A stretch of DNA of 64,000 nucleotides from an uncultured Flavobacteriaceae bacterium (GTDB lineage Bacteria; Bacteroidota; Bacteroidia; Flavobacteriales; Weeksellaceae), in NCBI GenBank assembly GCA_963520725.1, contig CAUQSG010000002.1, positions 27,926-91,925 of the forward strand, given 5' to 3'. The translations under genes and the position numbers were made by a program. The notes beneath the pieces are model-generated. The model had not been told where the DNA came from, ran no database searches, and saw only the letters and a list, made by a program, of their open reading frames with translations. Each line of letters begins with the position of its first letter. The stretch's first letter is position 1. Shown here piece by piece: positions 1 through 8,622 of this stretch.

Positions 1-1
1 A

Positions 2-1702
2 AATGCGGAACTTAACAGGCAACTGCAAGGACTGGTTGTTCAAATAGACGGGAAAGTACAAACTGACCTACAAAAGCGGGAAGCCGAGATAACAGCCATG
101 CGGGAACGGTCGTTCATTCAGATTGGGGGCTTGACAGGGTTCGTTATACTGCTACTGGTCATATCATATATCATCATACACCGAAATGCCAACCGCATCA
201 AGCGATATAAACAGGAAACCGCAGATTTAATCGAGCGACTGCAACAAATGGCAAAGCGAAACGAGGCACTGATAACCTCCCGCAAGAAAGCCGTACATAC
301 CATTACCCATGAATTACGCACACCGCTGACTGCAATAACGGGCTATGCCGGACTGATACAAAAAAACTTCAATGCGGATAAAACCGGGATGTATATCCGA
401 AATATTCAGCAATCCTCCGACCGTATGCGTGAAATGCTTAATACTCTTCTGAGTTTCTTCCGGCTGGACGACGGCAAGGAACAACCTAATTTCTCCACGT
501 GTAGGATTTCATCAATAGCGCATACGCTCGAATCAGAGTTTATGCCAATTGCCATAAACAAGGGACTTGCTCTTACTGTGACGAATCACACGGATGCTGT
601 TGTACTGACCGATAAGGAACGCATTCTACAAATTGGAAATAACCTGCTGTCAAACGCCATCAAGTTCACTGAGAACGGTGCCGTTTCTCTGACAATGGGG
701 TATGATAACGGTATGCTGAAACTTATCGTCAAAGATACGGGTTCGGGTATGACCGAAGAGGAACAGCAACGTGTGTTCGGTGCGTTTGAACGTTTGTCAA
801 ACGCTGCCGCAAAGGACGGCTTCGGATTAGGTCTTTCCATTGTTCAGCGCATTGTGACAATGCTCGGCGGCACAATCCAGCTGAAGAGCGAGAAAGGCAA
901 GGGCAGCCGTTTCACGGTGGAGATACCCATGCAGTCAGCCGAGGAATTGCCGGAACGGATAAATAAAACACAGATTCATCATAACCGAACACTCCATGAT
1001 ATTGTTGCCATCGACAATGACAAGGTACTTCTCCTAATGCTGAAAGAAATGTATGCACAAGAAGGGATACATTGCGATACCTGTACCAATGCGGCGGAAC
1101 TGATGGAAATGATACGCCGGAAAGAATACAGTCTGCTTCTGACCGATTTGAATATGCCGGATATAAACGGCTTCGAGCTGTTGGAACTGCTACGCACCTC
1201 CAATGTGGGCAATTCAAGGATCATTCCGATTATTGTAACAACCGCTTCGGGCAGTTGCAACAGAGAGGAACTTTTAGAACGTGGATTTTCTGATTGCCTT
1301 CTCAAGCCGTTTTCCATATCGGAGCTGATGGAAGTTTCCGACAAGTGCGCCATGAAAGGTAAACAAAATGAAAAGCCTGATTTCTCCTCCCTACTGTCTT
1401 ACGGCAATGAATCCGTCATGTTGGATAAACTGATAGCGGAAACCGAAAAGGAAATGCAGTCGGTCAGGGATGGGGAACAACGGAAAGACTTTCAAGAACT
1501 GGACGCCCTGACACACCACCTACGTAGTTCGTGGGAGATACTGCGTGCCGACCAACCATTAAGGGAACTTTATAAACAGCTTCATGGGAGTGCCGTTCCC
1601 GATTATGAAGCATTGAACAACGCCGTGACTGCCGTATTGGATAAGGGTTCGGAGATAATCCGGCTGGCAAAAGAAGAAAGGAGAAAATACGAAAATGGAT
1701 AA
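2..1702 (+). CDS. rteA: Hybrid sensor histidine kinase/response regulator RteA, 5' partial (reading frame open to the window edge)
   Basis: There is no stop in frame from nt 2. A TM segment (IQIGGLTGFVILLLVISYIII) is followed by the HisKA H-box HELRTPLTAITGY, HATPase boxes DTGSGM and GFGLGLSIV, a receiver (LLLTDLNMPDINGFELL) and an HPt-like tail. It overlaps rteB by 8 nt. Confidence 0.85.
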   Translation, partial: NAELNRQLQGLVVQIDGKVQTDLQKREAEITAMRERSFIQIGGLTGFVILLLVISYIIIHRNANRIKRYKQETADLIERLQQMAKRNEALITSRKKAVHTITHELRTPLTAITGYAGLIQKNFNADKTGMYIRNIQQSSDRMREMLNTLLSFFRLDDGKEQPNFSTCRISSIAHTLESEFMPIAINKGLALTVTNHTDAVVLTDKERILQIGNNLLSNAIKFTENGAVSLTMGYDNGMLKLIVKDTGSGMTEEEQQRVFGAFERLSNAAAKDGFGLGLSIVQRIVTMLGGTIQLKSEKGKGSRFTVEIPMQSAEELPERINKTQIHHNRTLHDIVAIDNDKVLLLMLKEMYAQEGIHCDTCTNAAELMEMIRRKEYSLLLTDLNMPDINGFELLELLRTSNVGNSRIIPIIVTTASGSCNREELLERGFSDCLLKPFSISELMEVSDKCAMKGKQNEKPDFSSLLSYGNESVMLDKLIAETEKEMQSVRDGEQRKDFQELDALTHHLRSSWEILRADQPLRELYKQLHGSAVPDYEALNNAVTAVLDKGSEIIRLAKEERRKYENG

Positions 1703-3017
1703 AACAAAAATCATCGTGGTGGAGGACAACATCGTATATTGCGAGTTTGTCTGCAACCTGCTGGCACGGGAGAAATTCCGTACCGTGCAGGCTTTCCACC
1801 TCTCGACAGCGAAGAAACTTCTGCAACAAGCCGCTGACAATGATATAGTAGTTTCTGATTTGCGTTTGCCTGACGGTGACGGCATCGACCTATTGCGCTG
1901 GATGCGCAAAGAAGGCATGACGCAGCCGTTCATCATCATGACCGACTATGCCGAAGTACATACGGCGGTTGAAAGCATGAAACTCGGTTCGCTGGACTAC
2001 ATACCCAAGCAACTCGTGGAGGACAAACTCGTGCCTTTGCTCCGCACCATACTGAAAGAGCGGAATATCGGGCGAAGCCGCATGCCCGTATTTGCCCGTG
2101 ACGGTTCAGCCTTTCAGAAAATCATGCACCGGATAAGGCTGGTAGCTCCTACCGACATGAGCGTACTGATATTCGGGGAGAACGGTACTGGCAAAGAGCA
2201 TATTGCCCATCTACTGCACGATAAAAGCAAGCGTTCAGGCAAGCCTTTCGTGGCGGTGGACTGCGGCTCACTCACCAAAGAACTTGCGCCATCGGCGTTC
2301 TTCGGACACGTTAAAGGAGCGTTCACTGGTGCTGAAAACACAAAGAAAGGCTATTTCCACGAGGCGGAAGGCGGCACATTGTTTTTGGATGAAGTGGGTA
2401 ATCTCGCACCGGAAACCCAACAGATGTTACTCCGTGCCATACAGGAACGGCGGTTCCGTCCCGTTGGCGACAAGTCCGACCGCAGTTTCAACGTCCGCAT
2501 CATCGCCGCCACCAACGAGGATCTGGAAAAGGCGGTCAATGAAAAGCGTTTCCGACAGGATTTGTTATACCGCCTACATGACTTCGAGATAACCGTTCTG
2601 CCCTTACGTGACTGTCAGGAGGACATCATGCCGCTGGCGGAGTTCTTCCGTGAGATTGCCAATAAGGAATTGGAATGCAATGTTAGTGGCTTCAGTTCCG
2701 AAGCGCGGAAAGTGTTACTGATCCATTCATGGCCGGGTAACGTGCGCGAACTTCGGCAGAAAATCATGGGTGCGGTGTTGCAGGCTCAGACGGGACTTGT
2801 CACGAAAGAGCATCTGGAACTTGGAATAACCGAAACAACCTCTGTTGTCGGCTTCTCCCTACGCAACGAAGAGGAAGATAAAGAGCGGATTATACGTGCT
2901 TTGAAGCAGGCTGGCGGGAACCGGAAGGTTGCTGCCGAATTGCTTGGAATAGGCAGGACAACACTCTATAATAAACTGGAAGAATATGGATTGAAGTATA
3001 AATTTGAGCAACCATAG
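1695..3017 (+). CDS. rteB: Sigma-54-dependent (NtrC-type) response regulator RteB
   Basis: Receiver (VVSDLRLPDGDG), AAA+ Walker A GENGTGKE, GAFTGA loop, Walker B FLDEVG, and a C-terminal Fis-type HTH (GNRKVAAELLGIGRTTLYNKL). Confidence 0.92.
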   Translation: MDKTKIIVVEDNIVYCEFVCNLLAREKFRTVQAFHLSTAKKLLQQAADNDIVVSDLRLPDGDGIDLLRWMRKEGMTQPFIIMTDYAEVHTAVESMKLGSLDYIPKQLVEDKLVPLLRTILKERNIGRSRMPVFARDGSAFQKIMHRIRLVAPTDMSVLIFGENGTGKEHIAHLLHDKSKRSGKPFVAVDCGSLTKELAPSAFFGHVKGAFTGAENTKKGYFHEAEGGTLFLDEVGNLAPETQQMLLRAIQERRFRPVGDKSDRSFNVRIIAATNEDLEKAVNEKRFRQDLLYRLHDFEITVLPLRDCQEDIMPLAEFFREIANKELECNVSGFSSEARKVLLIHSWPGNVRELRQKIMGAVLQAQTGLVTKEHLELGITETTSVVGFSLRNEEEDKERIIRALKQAGGNRKVAAELLGIGRTTLYNKLEEYGLKYKFEQP

Positions 3018-3039
3018 CCCGCAATTCGCTGAAAATGGC

Positions 3040-3047
3040 TATCTTTG
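3040..3047 (+). promoter_or_regulatory. Bacteroidetes -7 promoter box TAnnTTTG (TATCTTTG)
   Basis: Exact match to TAnnTTTG, 23 nt after the rteB stop and upstream of a structured 215-nt segment. Confidence 0.4.
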
Positions 3048-3051
3048 CATG

Positions 3052-3271
3052 ACATATTAGAAGGTAACGGCGACTGGCAGAGCCTTTTGCCGCCTATATA
3101 TAACATAAGACCGCAAGGCGTTTCGAGCGAAAATCTGGTAAATTGACACTACGGAGACGATTGCGTGATGCTTATGCTATGCCTACGCATAGCGTGCATT
3201 CACGTACTCTCCGTAAAAGGCTTTACCAGAGCCGTCGCTTGAAAGTAGTGTGATTTGCACGCTACTTTTTT
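3052..3271 (+). ncRNA. Candidate structured RNA (unclassified): either a leader/riboswitch-like element or an sRNA
   Basis: Long-range pairing of 3070-3088 (GCGAC-TGG-cag-AGCCTTTT) with 3215-3238 (AAAAGGCT-tta-CCA-gagcc-GTCGC). It encloses the hairpin TACGGAGA(3150-3157)/TCTCCGTA(3208-3215). A 10-bp stem at 3243-3267 plus a T-run to 3271 looks like an intrinsic terminator, 27 nt before the ATG at 3299. Confidence 0.35.
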
Positions 3272-3298
3272 GCCCTTGCCCAACGAAAGGAAACGATA

Positions 3299-3712
3299 AT
3301 GGGTAAAGTACAGATTCTTGCCGTCCTCACGATAGACGGTTGTCAAAGCTCCGAGTTATATTGCAAAGCGTATAAGGAACTGCGCCTTGAAGATTGCGGC
3401 ATCAATGAGATAAGGGAAAACGCCCTTTATCATATCACACCGGATTATTCCATCTCCATGCTTGACGAATGGCGGAAATCCACAACAGACATCTGCTATC
3501 TGGCGGAAGTCACTCCTGAAAAAGCGGACTACATCAACGGGCTGCTGCGTATGCGTGTGGTGGATGAAATCATACTTTACACGATTCCTTTCATTGCCGG
3601 AACGGGAAAGCGTTTCTTCCAATCCGCCTTGCCGCAGGAACAATGGACGCTGACCTCACAGAAGGTGTACCGCAACGGAGTGGTCCGCCATATCTATAAA
3701 GCGTGCGTTTGA
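3299..3712 (+). CDS. Dihydrofolate-reductase-like (RibD C-terminal domain family) protein, short (137 aa)
   Basis: The N-terminus MGKVQILAVLTIDG and the C-terminal VDEIILYTIPFIAGTGKRFF resemble the RibD_C/DHFR-like fold pattern. The ORF has an ATG start. Confidence 0.6.
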   Translation: MGKVQILAVLTIDGCQSSELYCKAYKELRLEDCGINEIRENALYHITPDYSISMLDEWRKSTTDICYLAEVTPEKADYINGLLRMRVVDEIILYTIPFIAGTGKRFFQSALPQEQWTLTSQKVYRNGVVRHIYKACV

Positions 3713-3807
3713 TGTCCATAAAATGGACGAATGTTCAGTAAATGAACACTTTAAGCTGAATACAATTCCTTTCAGATAAATAAATCGCGAAATTATCACT
3801 CTGAAAT

Positions 3808-3845
3808 CCAGCACCTTGCAGAGAGCGTGCCGGATTTTTTATTTT
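3808..3845 (+). terminator. Weak intrinsic terminator after the DHFR-like gene
   Basis: Stem CCAGCAC(3808-3814)/GTGCCGG(3827-3833) with one A.C mismatch, followed by ATTTTTTATTTT. Confidence 0.3.
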
Positions 3846-3923
3846 ATGGACACGCTTTTTGCCAATCATATTCATGTGCGCATACCGAAAAAACAGAGTG
3901 TAAAATTTCAAAATTGACAGGAC

Positions 3924-4541
3924 ATGAATTATTTCTTATTGACGGAAACAGAGTTCTTCCGCCGTATAAACGAAGCCGGGGACTGCAATATGGAAACGGC
4001 ATACACGGCTTTCGCCACGCAAGTGATCGAACTATGCAACGGCAATGTGGACACCACCCGCACCATCATCGCGCTGGCTTACATTGAAATCGAGTTGCAG
4101 CACCATCCCGTGCGCAATCTTCCCGAAGAAAAGAGGGAGGTTGCAGCCTACATCAGCAAGGCACTCTCTTTCGTTAGGAAGATGCAGAAGTTCCTTGCCG
4201 CTCCCCAAGTGTCACCACTAATCCCCATCCGTACATCCTCCGACAACACAACCGAAAATCCCGCCTCACCCCTGCAATGGACGGGCAACGCCATCGACCT
4301 CGTGGAACTTATCTACGGCATCAACGAGATGGGCTGCATCAATAACGGCAACATGCCGCTCAAACAGCTCGCCCCGCTCCTCTACAAGATTTTCGGTGTC
4401 GAATCAAAGGACTGCTACCGCTTCTATATCGACATCAAACGACGGAAGAACGAAAGCCGCACCTACTTCCTTGACAGGATGCAGGAGAAACTGAACGAGA
4501 AGATGCTCCGCGACGAGGAAATGGAACGTTTGAGAAAATAA
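3924..4541 (+). CDS. rteC: RteC-family transcriptional activator
   Basis: A 205-aa ORF downstream of rteAB, as in CTnDOT. The C-terminal ...YRFYIDIKRRKNESRTYFLDRMQEKL resembles the RteC-family tail as I recall it. Confidence 0.75.
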   Translation: MNYFLLTETEFFRRINEAGDCNMETAYTAFATQVIELCNGNVDTTRTIIALAYIEIELQHHPVRNLPEEKREVAAYISKALSFVRKMQKFLAAPQVSPLIPIRTSSDNTTENPASPLQWTGNAIDLVELIYGINEMGCINNGNMPLKQLAPLLYKIFGVESKDCYRFYIDIKRRKNESRTYFLDRMQEKLNEKMLRDEEMERLRK

Positions 4542-4557
4542 TCCTGTACCAATGATG

Positions 4558-4595
4558 AATCAGGGGGTGACGTTATGCCACTCTCTGATTTTTTG
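4558..4595 (+). terminator. Intrinsic terminator after rteC
   Basis: Stem AATCAGGG(4558-4565)/CTCTGATT(4583-4590), including one G.U pair, followed by a T-run to 4595. Confidence 0.5.
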
Positions 4596-4661
4596 TAGGT
4601 TTTGTACCTGCCGTGCAGATACATTTCGTTATCTATTCGCCCGAAAACCAGCGAAAAGCAC

Positions 4662-4669
4662 TATCTTTG
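4662..4669 (+). promoter_or_regulatory. -7 promoter box TATCTTTG for the cargo cassette
   Basis: Exact TAnnTTTG, 22 nt upstream of the ATG at 4692. This supports the internal start over the ORF-track start at 4602. Confidence 0.45.
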
Positions 4670-4691
4670 TACCCACCTTACAGAATTGTAT

Positions 4692-6155
4692 ATGAGCATA
4701 GACAACCTCGACATAGTAAAACGGCTGATAGCCGAAAAAGAATGCGGACGGGTGGAGTTCAAGGAAACCACCGGACAGTTGGAGCGTGGCATGGAAACGC
4801 TTTGCGCTTTCCTTAACGGAGAAGGCGGCACGGTATTGTTCGGTGTTACCGACAAGGAAAAAATCATCGGACAAGACGTGAGCGACAAGACCAAGAGGGA
4901 TATAGCGGACGCGATCAACCGGTTGGAGCCTGTGGCAATGGTACAAATATCTTATGCACCGCTGCCGGACAGTGAGAAGAAAGTAATTGTTTTTCGTGTT
5001 GAAGATTCAAGGCTCAACCGTCCGTTCTGCTATAAAGGAAGACCATATATGCGGGTGGAAAGTGCGACCACAACGATGCCACAATCAAAGTATAATGAAC
5101 TTCTTTTGCAGCATGAAAAAGTCTGGCATAGCTGGGAAACCTACCCGAATACCGATTTGAAGATTACGGATTTGGATGAAGAGGAAATCCACAAGACGGT
5201 ACGTTTAGGAATAGAGTACGGACGTTTACCCGAATCGACAGGTGACGAAGTTCCTATCATACTTGAAAAACTGAATCTTCTTGAAGGCGGTGTACTTAAA
5301 AATGCAGCCGCCGTATTGTTCGCCAAAAAGAAACTGGTACATTATCCGCAGAACTTGCTGCGACTTGCCCGATTCAGAGGTACAGACAAAACCGTATTTA
5401 TAGACAACAAACGGGTACACGGGAACTTGTTCCATCTGCTTGACGAGGCAATGGCTTTTGTGTTCAGACATCTTTCATTATCCGGAACAACGGACGCATT
5501 GGAGCGTGAGGAACATTTGGAAATACCGCATAAGGCTATACGAGAAGCTGTAATCAACTCCCTATGTCACAGGAGTTACCGTGATATTGGAGGTTCGGTA
5601 GCCATAGCCATCTATGATGACCGTGTTGAAATAGAGAATCCCGGTTCGTTTCCGTCCGAATGGGATATGAATAAAATCAAATCCGAACATGGTTCAAAGC
5701 CCCATAATCCTTTAATTGCAGACACGCTTTATGTGCGAAAAGTATTGGAGAGCTGGGGACGCGGCATAAATCTCATAATAGAAGAATGTCAAAAGGTTAA
5801 TTTGCCGGAGCCTGAATATCAAATAACAACCAATGAAGTGAAACTTGTCTTCAGATATAAGGTGGCAGGACAAGAAACAGGACAAGAAACAGGACAAGTA
5901 GCAGGACAAGTAGCAGGACAAGTAATGTCGCTTGTATCAGCTTTGGGAAATGATATTTTGCCGTTGAAAGAAATCATGGAGCGTTTATCTTTGAGGGGAC
6001 GTGATAATTTCCTTACCAGTTACCTAAATCCTGCATTGAGAGAGGGACTTGTCGAACAAACCCATCCGGAAAATCCCAAGCACCGCAACCAAAAATACAG
6101 GCTTACTGAAGCTGGAAAAATCATTTTGTCAAAAGGCAACAGGAAGGATGGCTAA
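4692..6155 (+). CDS. AlbA_2 (Schlafen-type) DNA-binding domain + HATPase_c_4-like domain + C-terminal winged-helix protein. This class is often mis-annotated as 'RecG-like helicase' or 'transcriptional regulator'.
   Basis: The N-terminus ECGRVEFKETTGQ...GEGGTVLFGV is AlbA_2-like. The central REAVINSLCHRSYRD...VEIENPGSFP is HATPase_c_4-like. A (GQET)2(GQVA)2 linker precedes a C-terminal helix-rich module. The start is taken at ATG 4692. Confidence 0.75.
   Translation: MSIDNLDIVKRLIAEKECGRVEFKETTGQLERGMETLCAFLNGEGGTVLFGVTDKEKIIGQDVSDKTKRDIADAINRLEPVAMVQISYAPLPDSEKKVIVFRVEDSRLNRPFCYKGRPYMRVESATTTMPQSKYNELLLQHEKVWHSWETYPNTDLKITDLDEEEIHKTVRLGIEYGRLPESTGDEVPIILEKLNLLEGGVLKNAAAVLFAKKKLVHYPQNLLRLARFRGTDKTVFIDNKRVHGNLFHLLDEAMAFVFRHLSLSGTTDALEREEHLEIPHKAIREAVINSLCHRSYRDIGGSVAIAIYDDRVEIENPGSFPSEWDMNKIKSEHGSKPHNPLIADTLYVRKVLESWGRGINLIIEECQKVNLPEPEYQITTNEVKLVFRYKVAGQETGQETGQVAGQVAGQVMSLVSALGNDILPLKEIMERLSLRGRDNFLTSYLNPALREGLVEQTHPENPKHRNQKYRLTEAGKIILSKGNRKDG
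5868..5924 (+). repeat. In-frame 12-bp tandem repeat, ~4.75 copies (GGACAAGAAACA x2, GGACAAGTAGCA x2, GGACAAGTA)
   Basis: Read directly from the sequence. It encodes GQETGQETGQVAGQVAGQV. Confidence 0.95.
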
Positions 6156-6540
6156 GAAGAAACATAAGAAAGATTCAGATGCAGACTTGCCTGTAATCAT
6201 GGATTACGGCATCGGTTGCATATCCATTTATGACCCGGTTGATATGATGCCATACAATGACCCGCCTGTCACCGAGCAAACCCGTTTCAAGAAACTCCGC
6301 AAGGAAATGAAAGCGGAGTTCAAATGGTTGGCGTCTTCTATAACAATAGAGTATTGGAAAGAAAACCGGCAGATACCTTTCGGTGAGGAAATGTCGAAAC
6401 TCAGAATCCGACTGTTGAGAATCTTCGCCGAAGAATACAGCATACTACTAAAAGATGATACAGAACTGAAAAACTATCTGCTCATGCTTGTCATTACCAC
6501 CATCAACAAGCATCTCCAATCTGAAAATAAAAATCCGTAA
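6148..6540 (+). CDS. Hypothetical protein (130 aa), translationally coupled to the upstream gene
   Basis: The ATG at 6148 overlaps the upstream stop (ATGGCTAA). The protein has a lysine-rich N-terminus and no family I recognise. Confidence 0.55.
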   Translation: MAKKKHKKDSDADLPVIMDYGIGCISIYDPVDMMPYNDPPVTEQTRFKKLRKEMKAEFKWLASSITIEYWKENRQIPFGEEMSKLRIRLLRIFAEEYSILLKDDTELKNYLLMLVITTINKHLQSENKNP

Positions 6541-6561
6541 CCGGTCGTCGGCTACGGATTT
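6531..6561. terminator. Hairpin between convergent genes (bidirectional terminator candidate)
   Basis: 9-bp stem AAATCCGTA(6531-6539)/TACGGATTT(6553-6561). Confidence 0.45.
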
Positions 6562-6581
6562 TCCATATATAAACGGATATA

Positions 6582-8591
6582 CTATTTCTGCTGCAACAGA
6601 TGTTTCAGATTTTCGTCACCCGCGATGCGTTCCAGCTCGTCGGCGACAATCTGTTTCACCTCCTCCTTGATACGCCTGTAATTCGCCTGCACTGTTTCCT
6701 TCATGCAGTCTTTGCCATCCTCGTCCGTGAAGTCAGTAATTACGGGTATCGGCTTGTAGGCTTTCTCCTCGCGCTTGACCTTCTCGGCATCCACGACAAT
6801 CTCACAGTGGAAAATCTTCTGTTCTATACGTTCGTTGAAGTTGTCGGACACCGAACCGACAAACATTCCCTGCGTCAAGCCGGAAATCTTGCTCGGCGGG
6901 ATAAGCGCGTCCATCTGCGTGTTGATGGAGGTGGAAACATCCTGCCTGTTGATGGAAATGGACTGCCGTTTCTGCAACACCTTTCCGAACCGTTCCGAGA
7001 GCGTCTTGGCGGTTTCGCCCACCACCTGACCGGAGAAAATATTGCCGACGGTGTTCATCACCACTTTCGCCTCCTTGTCCCCGTAGTCACGCACCAACTG
7101 GCTGAAATCCTGAAATCCCAGACATACGGCAACCTTGTTGCTTCGTGCGGTGGCGATAAGGTTGTCCAGCCCCTTGAAATATATCGTCGGAAGCTCGTCG
7201 ATGATAACTGACGACTTCAACATCCCTTTCTTGTTGATGAGCTTCACGATACGGGAATTATACAGACCGAGAGCCGCCCCGTAAATGTTCTGACGGTCCG
7301 GATTGTTGCCCACGCAGAGTATTTTCGGCTCTTTGGGATTGTTGATGTCCAGCGTGAACTCACTGTCCGACATCACCCAATAGAGCTGCGGGGAAATCAT
7401 GCGTGACAGCGGGATTTTCGCCGATGCAATCTGCCCCATCAACTGCTCGGCAGCCCCTCCGAGCCACGCGTCCATGAACGGTGAGAGATAGTTCTCCAAT
7501 TCCGGGTAAGATGTCAGTATCGGGAAGATATCCTCGTAACGGCGGTTCAGGAACTCGATGGCATGGGGGAACGTGCAATACTTGCCATTTTGGAAAATTT
7601 TAAGATACCAGATGATAGCCGCGAAGAGGATGATGGGCGATTCCACAAAGAAGTCGCCCTGCTTCTGCACCCAACTCTTGTTTAAGTTGAGCATGATGGT
7701 GTACGCGCTTTCGTAAGCGTCCGTAATATCCTCCATGAAGTCCGGGTGAATGGGATTGCAACGGTGCGAGCGTCGCGGGTCATCGAAGTTTATCACGTAG
7801 AACTTCGGCTTCACCTTGTATCCCTCCGGGTGGTTGAGCAGATGATTATAGGCTATCGTGGACAAGTCGCTGAATTTGAAGTCGTAAACATACATCGAGA
7901 AGCCCTTCTCAATCTGCTGCTTGATAAAATTGTTTACCACCGCGTATGACTTTCCGCTGCCCGGCGTACCCAATACGATGGAAGCCCTGAAGGGATTCAC
8001 TACGTTAATCCAGCCGTTGTTCCAACGTTTCCTGTAATAAAAGCGGGTGGGCAGATTGACCGAATACTCGCTTTCGATGAGCCGTGTTTCCTGCATGAAG
8101 CTCTCGTTCTCGTTGTTGAACACGTCATCCATGAGGTTGTGTTTCAACAGGCGGCTCATCCACAGACCGCCCATCAGCAGGCATACATAGCCCGTGCCTA
8201 CGGTCAGCACGTAAAGCCCCGTCACCGCTTCAACCGGTAGCGGCAACGCCAGTATCCACCAGTTGAGGAAGAACAGTACGAACCCTGCGGCAAGAGCCGT
8301 CCAGATCCGTCCCCAAGTAATTTTCTCTCCCTTGACGCCCTTCGTTCCCAGACAGGACAGGGCAAGGAGGAGGACGGCAAACAGTTTCGTGTAGAGGATG
8401 GAACGGAACAGCCCCGCCGTGCGGTTGAAATTCATCAGGATTCTGTCCACCACGCCGATGTCCACGCTCCAGAGCCGTATGGCTTCATAGCAGAACCAGT
8501 ACACGTTCATGACCACTAAAATAATACTCACGGCACGCAGAAAATCCATGATTTTCGCCAATGCCCTCAAATCGTCTTCTTGTTGTGACAT
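6582..8591 (-). CDS. mobC: Type IV coupling protein (TraG/TraD/VirD4 family), CTnDOT MobC-type
   Basis: N-terminal TM helices, Walker A GTPGSGKSY, ~670 aa. The start is taken at MSQQEDD (8591), after the relaxase stop. Confidence 0.88.
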   Translation of the reverse strand: MSQQEDDLRALAKIMDFLRAVSIILVVMNVYWFCYEAIRLWSVDIGVVDRILMNFNRTAGLFRSILYTKLFAVLLLALSCLGTKGVKGEKITWGRIWTALAAGFVLFFLNWWILALPLPVEAVTGLYVLTVGTGYVCLLMGGLWMSRLLKHNLMDDVFNNENESFMQETRLIESEYSVNLPTRFYYRKRWNNGWINVVNPFRASIVLGTPGSGKSYAVVNNFIKQQIEKGFSMYVYDFKFSDLSTIAYNHLLNHPEGYKVKPKFYVINFDDPRRSHRCNPIHPDFMEDITDAYESAYTIMLNLNKSWVQKQGDFFVESPIILFAAIIWYLKIFQNGKYCTFPHAIEFLNRRYEDIFPILTSYPELENYLSPFMDAWLGGAAEQLMGQIASAKIPLSRMISPQLYWVMSDSEFTLDINNPKEPKILCVGNNPDRQNIYGAALGLYNSRIVKLINKKGMLKSSVIIDELPTIYFKGLDNLIATARSNKVAVCLGFQDFSQLVRDYGDKEAKVVMNTVGNIFSGQVVGETAKTLSERFGKVLQKRQSISINRQDVSTSINTQMDALIPPSKISGLTQGMFVGSVSDNFNERIEQKIFHCEIVVDAEKVKREEKAYKPIPVITDFTDEDGKDCMKETVQANYRRIKEEVKQIVADELERIAGDENLKHLLQQK

Positions 8592-8622
8592 AGATTGAAA
8601 AATTTTGATGTTGATACCTCGA

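Noticed and set aside
3052-3271. Calling the structured RNA RteR, the known CTnDOT sRNA
   Set aside because: My recollection is that rteR maps near exc at the other end of the element, and I cannot compare sequences. It is left unclassified.
3808-3822. CCAGCACCTTGCA as a sigma-54 -24/-12 promoter
   Set aside because: The GC-containing halves are adjacent rather than separated by the required spacing. The segment is more simply the 5' arm of a weak terminator hairpin.
4602-4691. N-terminal extensions proposed by the ORF track: 4602 for the AlbA_2 gene, 6049 for the small partner, 8699 for the coupling protein, 10412 for mobA, 10664 for traA, 13965 for traG, 21821 for traO, 22594 for traP, 27610 for PcfJ.
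   Set aside because: The extensions overlap upstream genes, promoter boxes or terminators and have non-protein-like composition. Internal ATGs give canonical family N-termini and tight operon spacing.
5868-5924. Short tandem repeats (here, at 45398-45457 and at 54860-54973) as a possible CRISPR array
   Set aside because: The repeats are 6-33 bp, contiguous without spacers, and lie in frame inside coding sequences.
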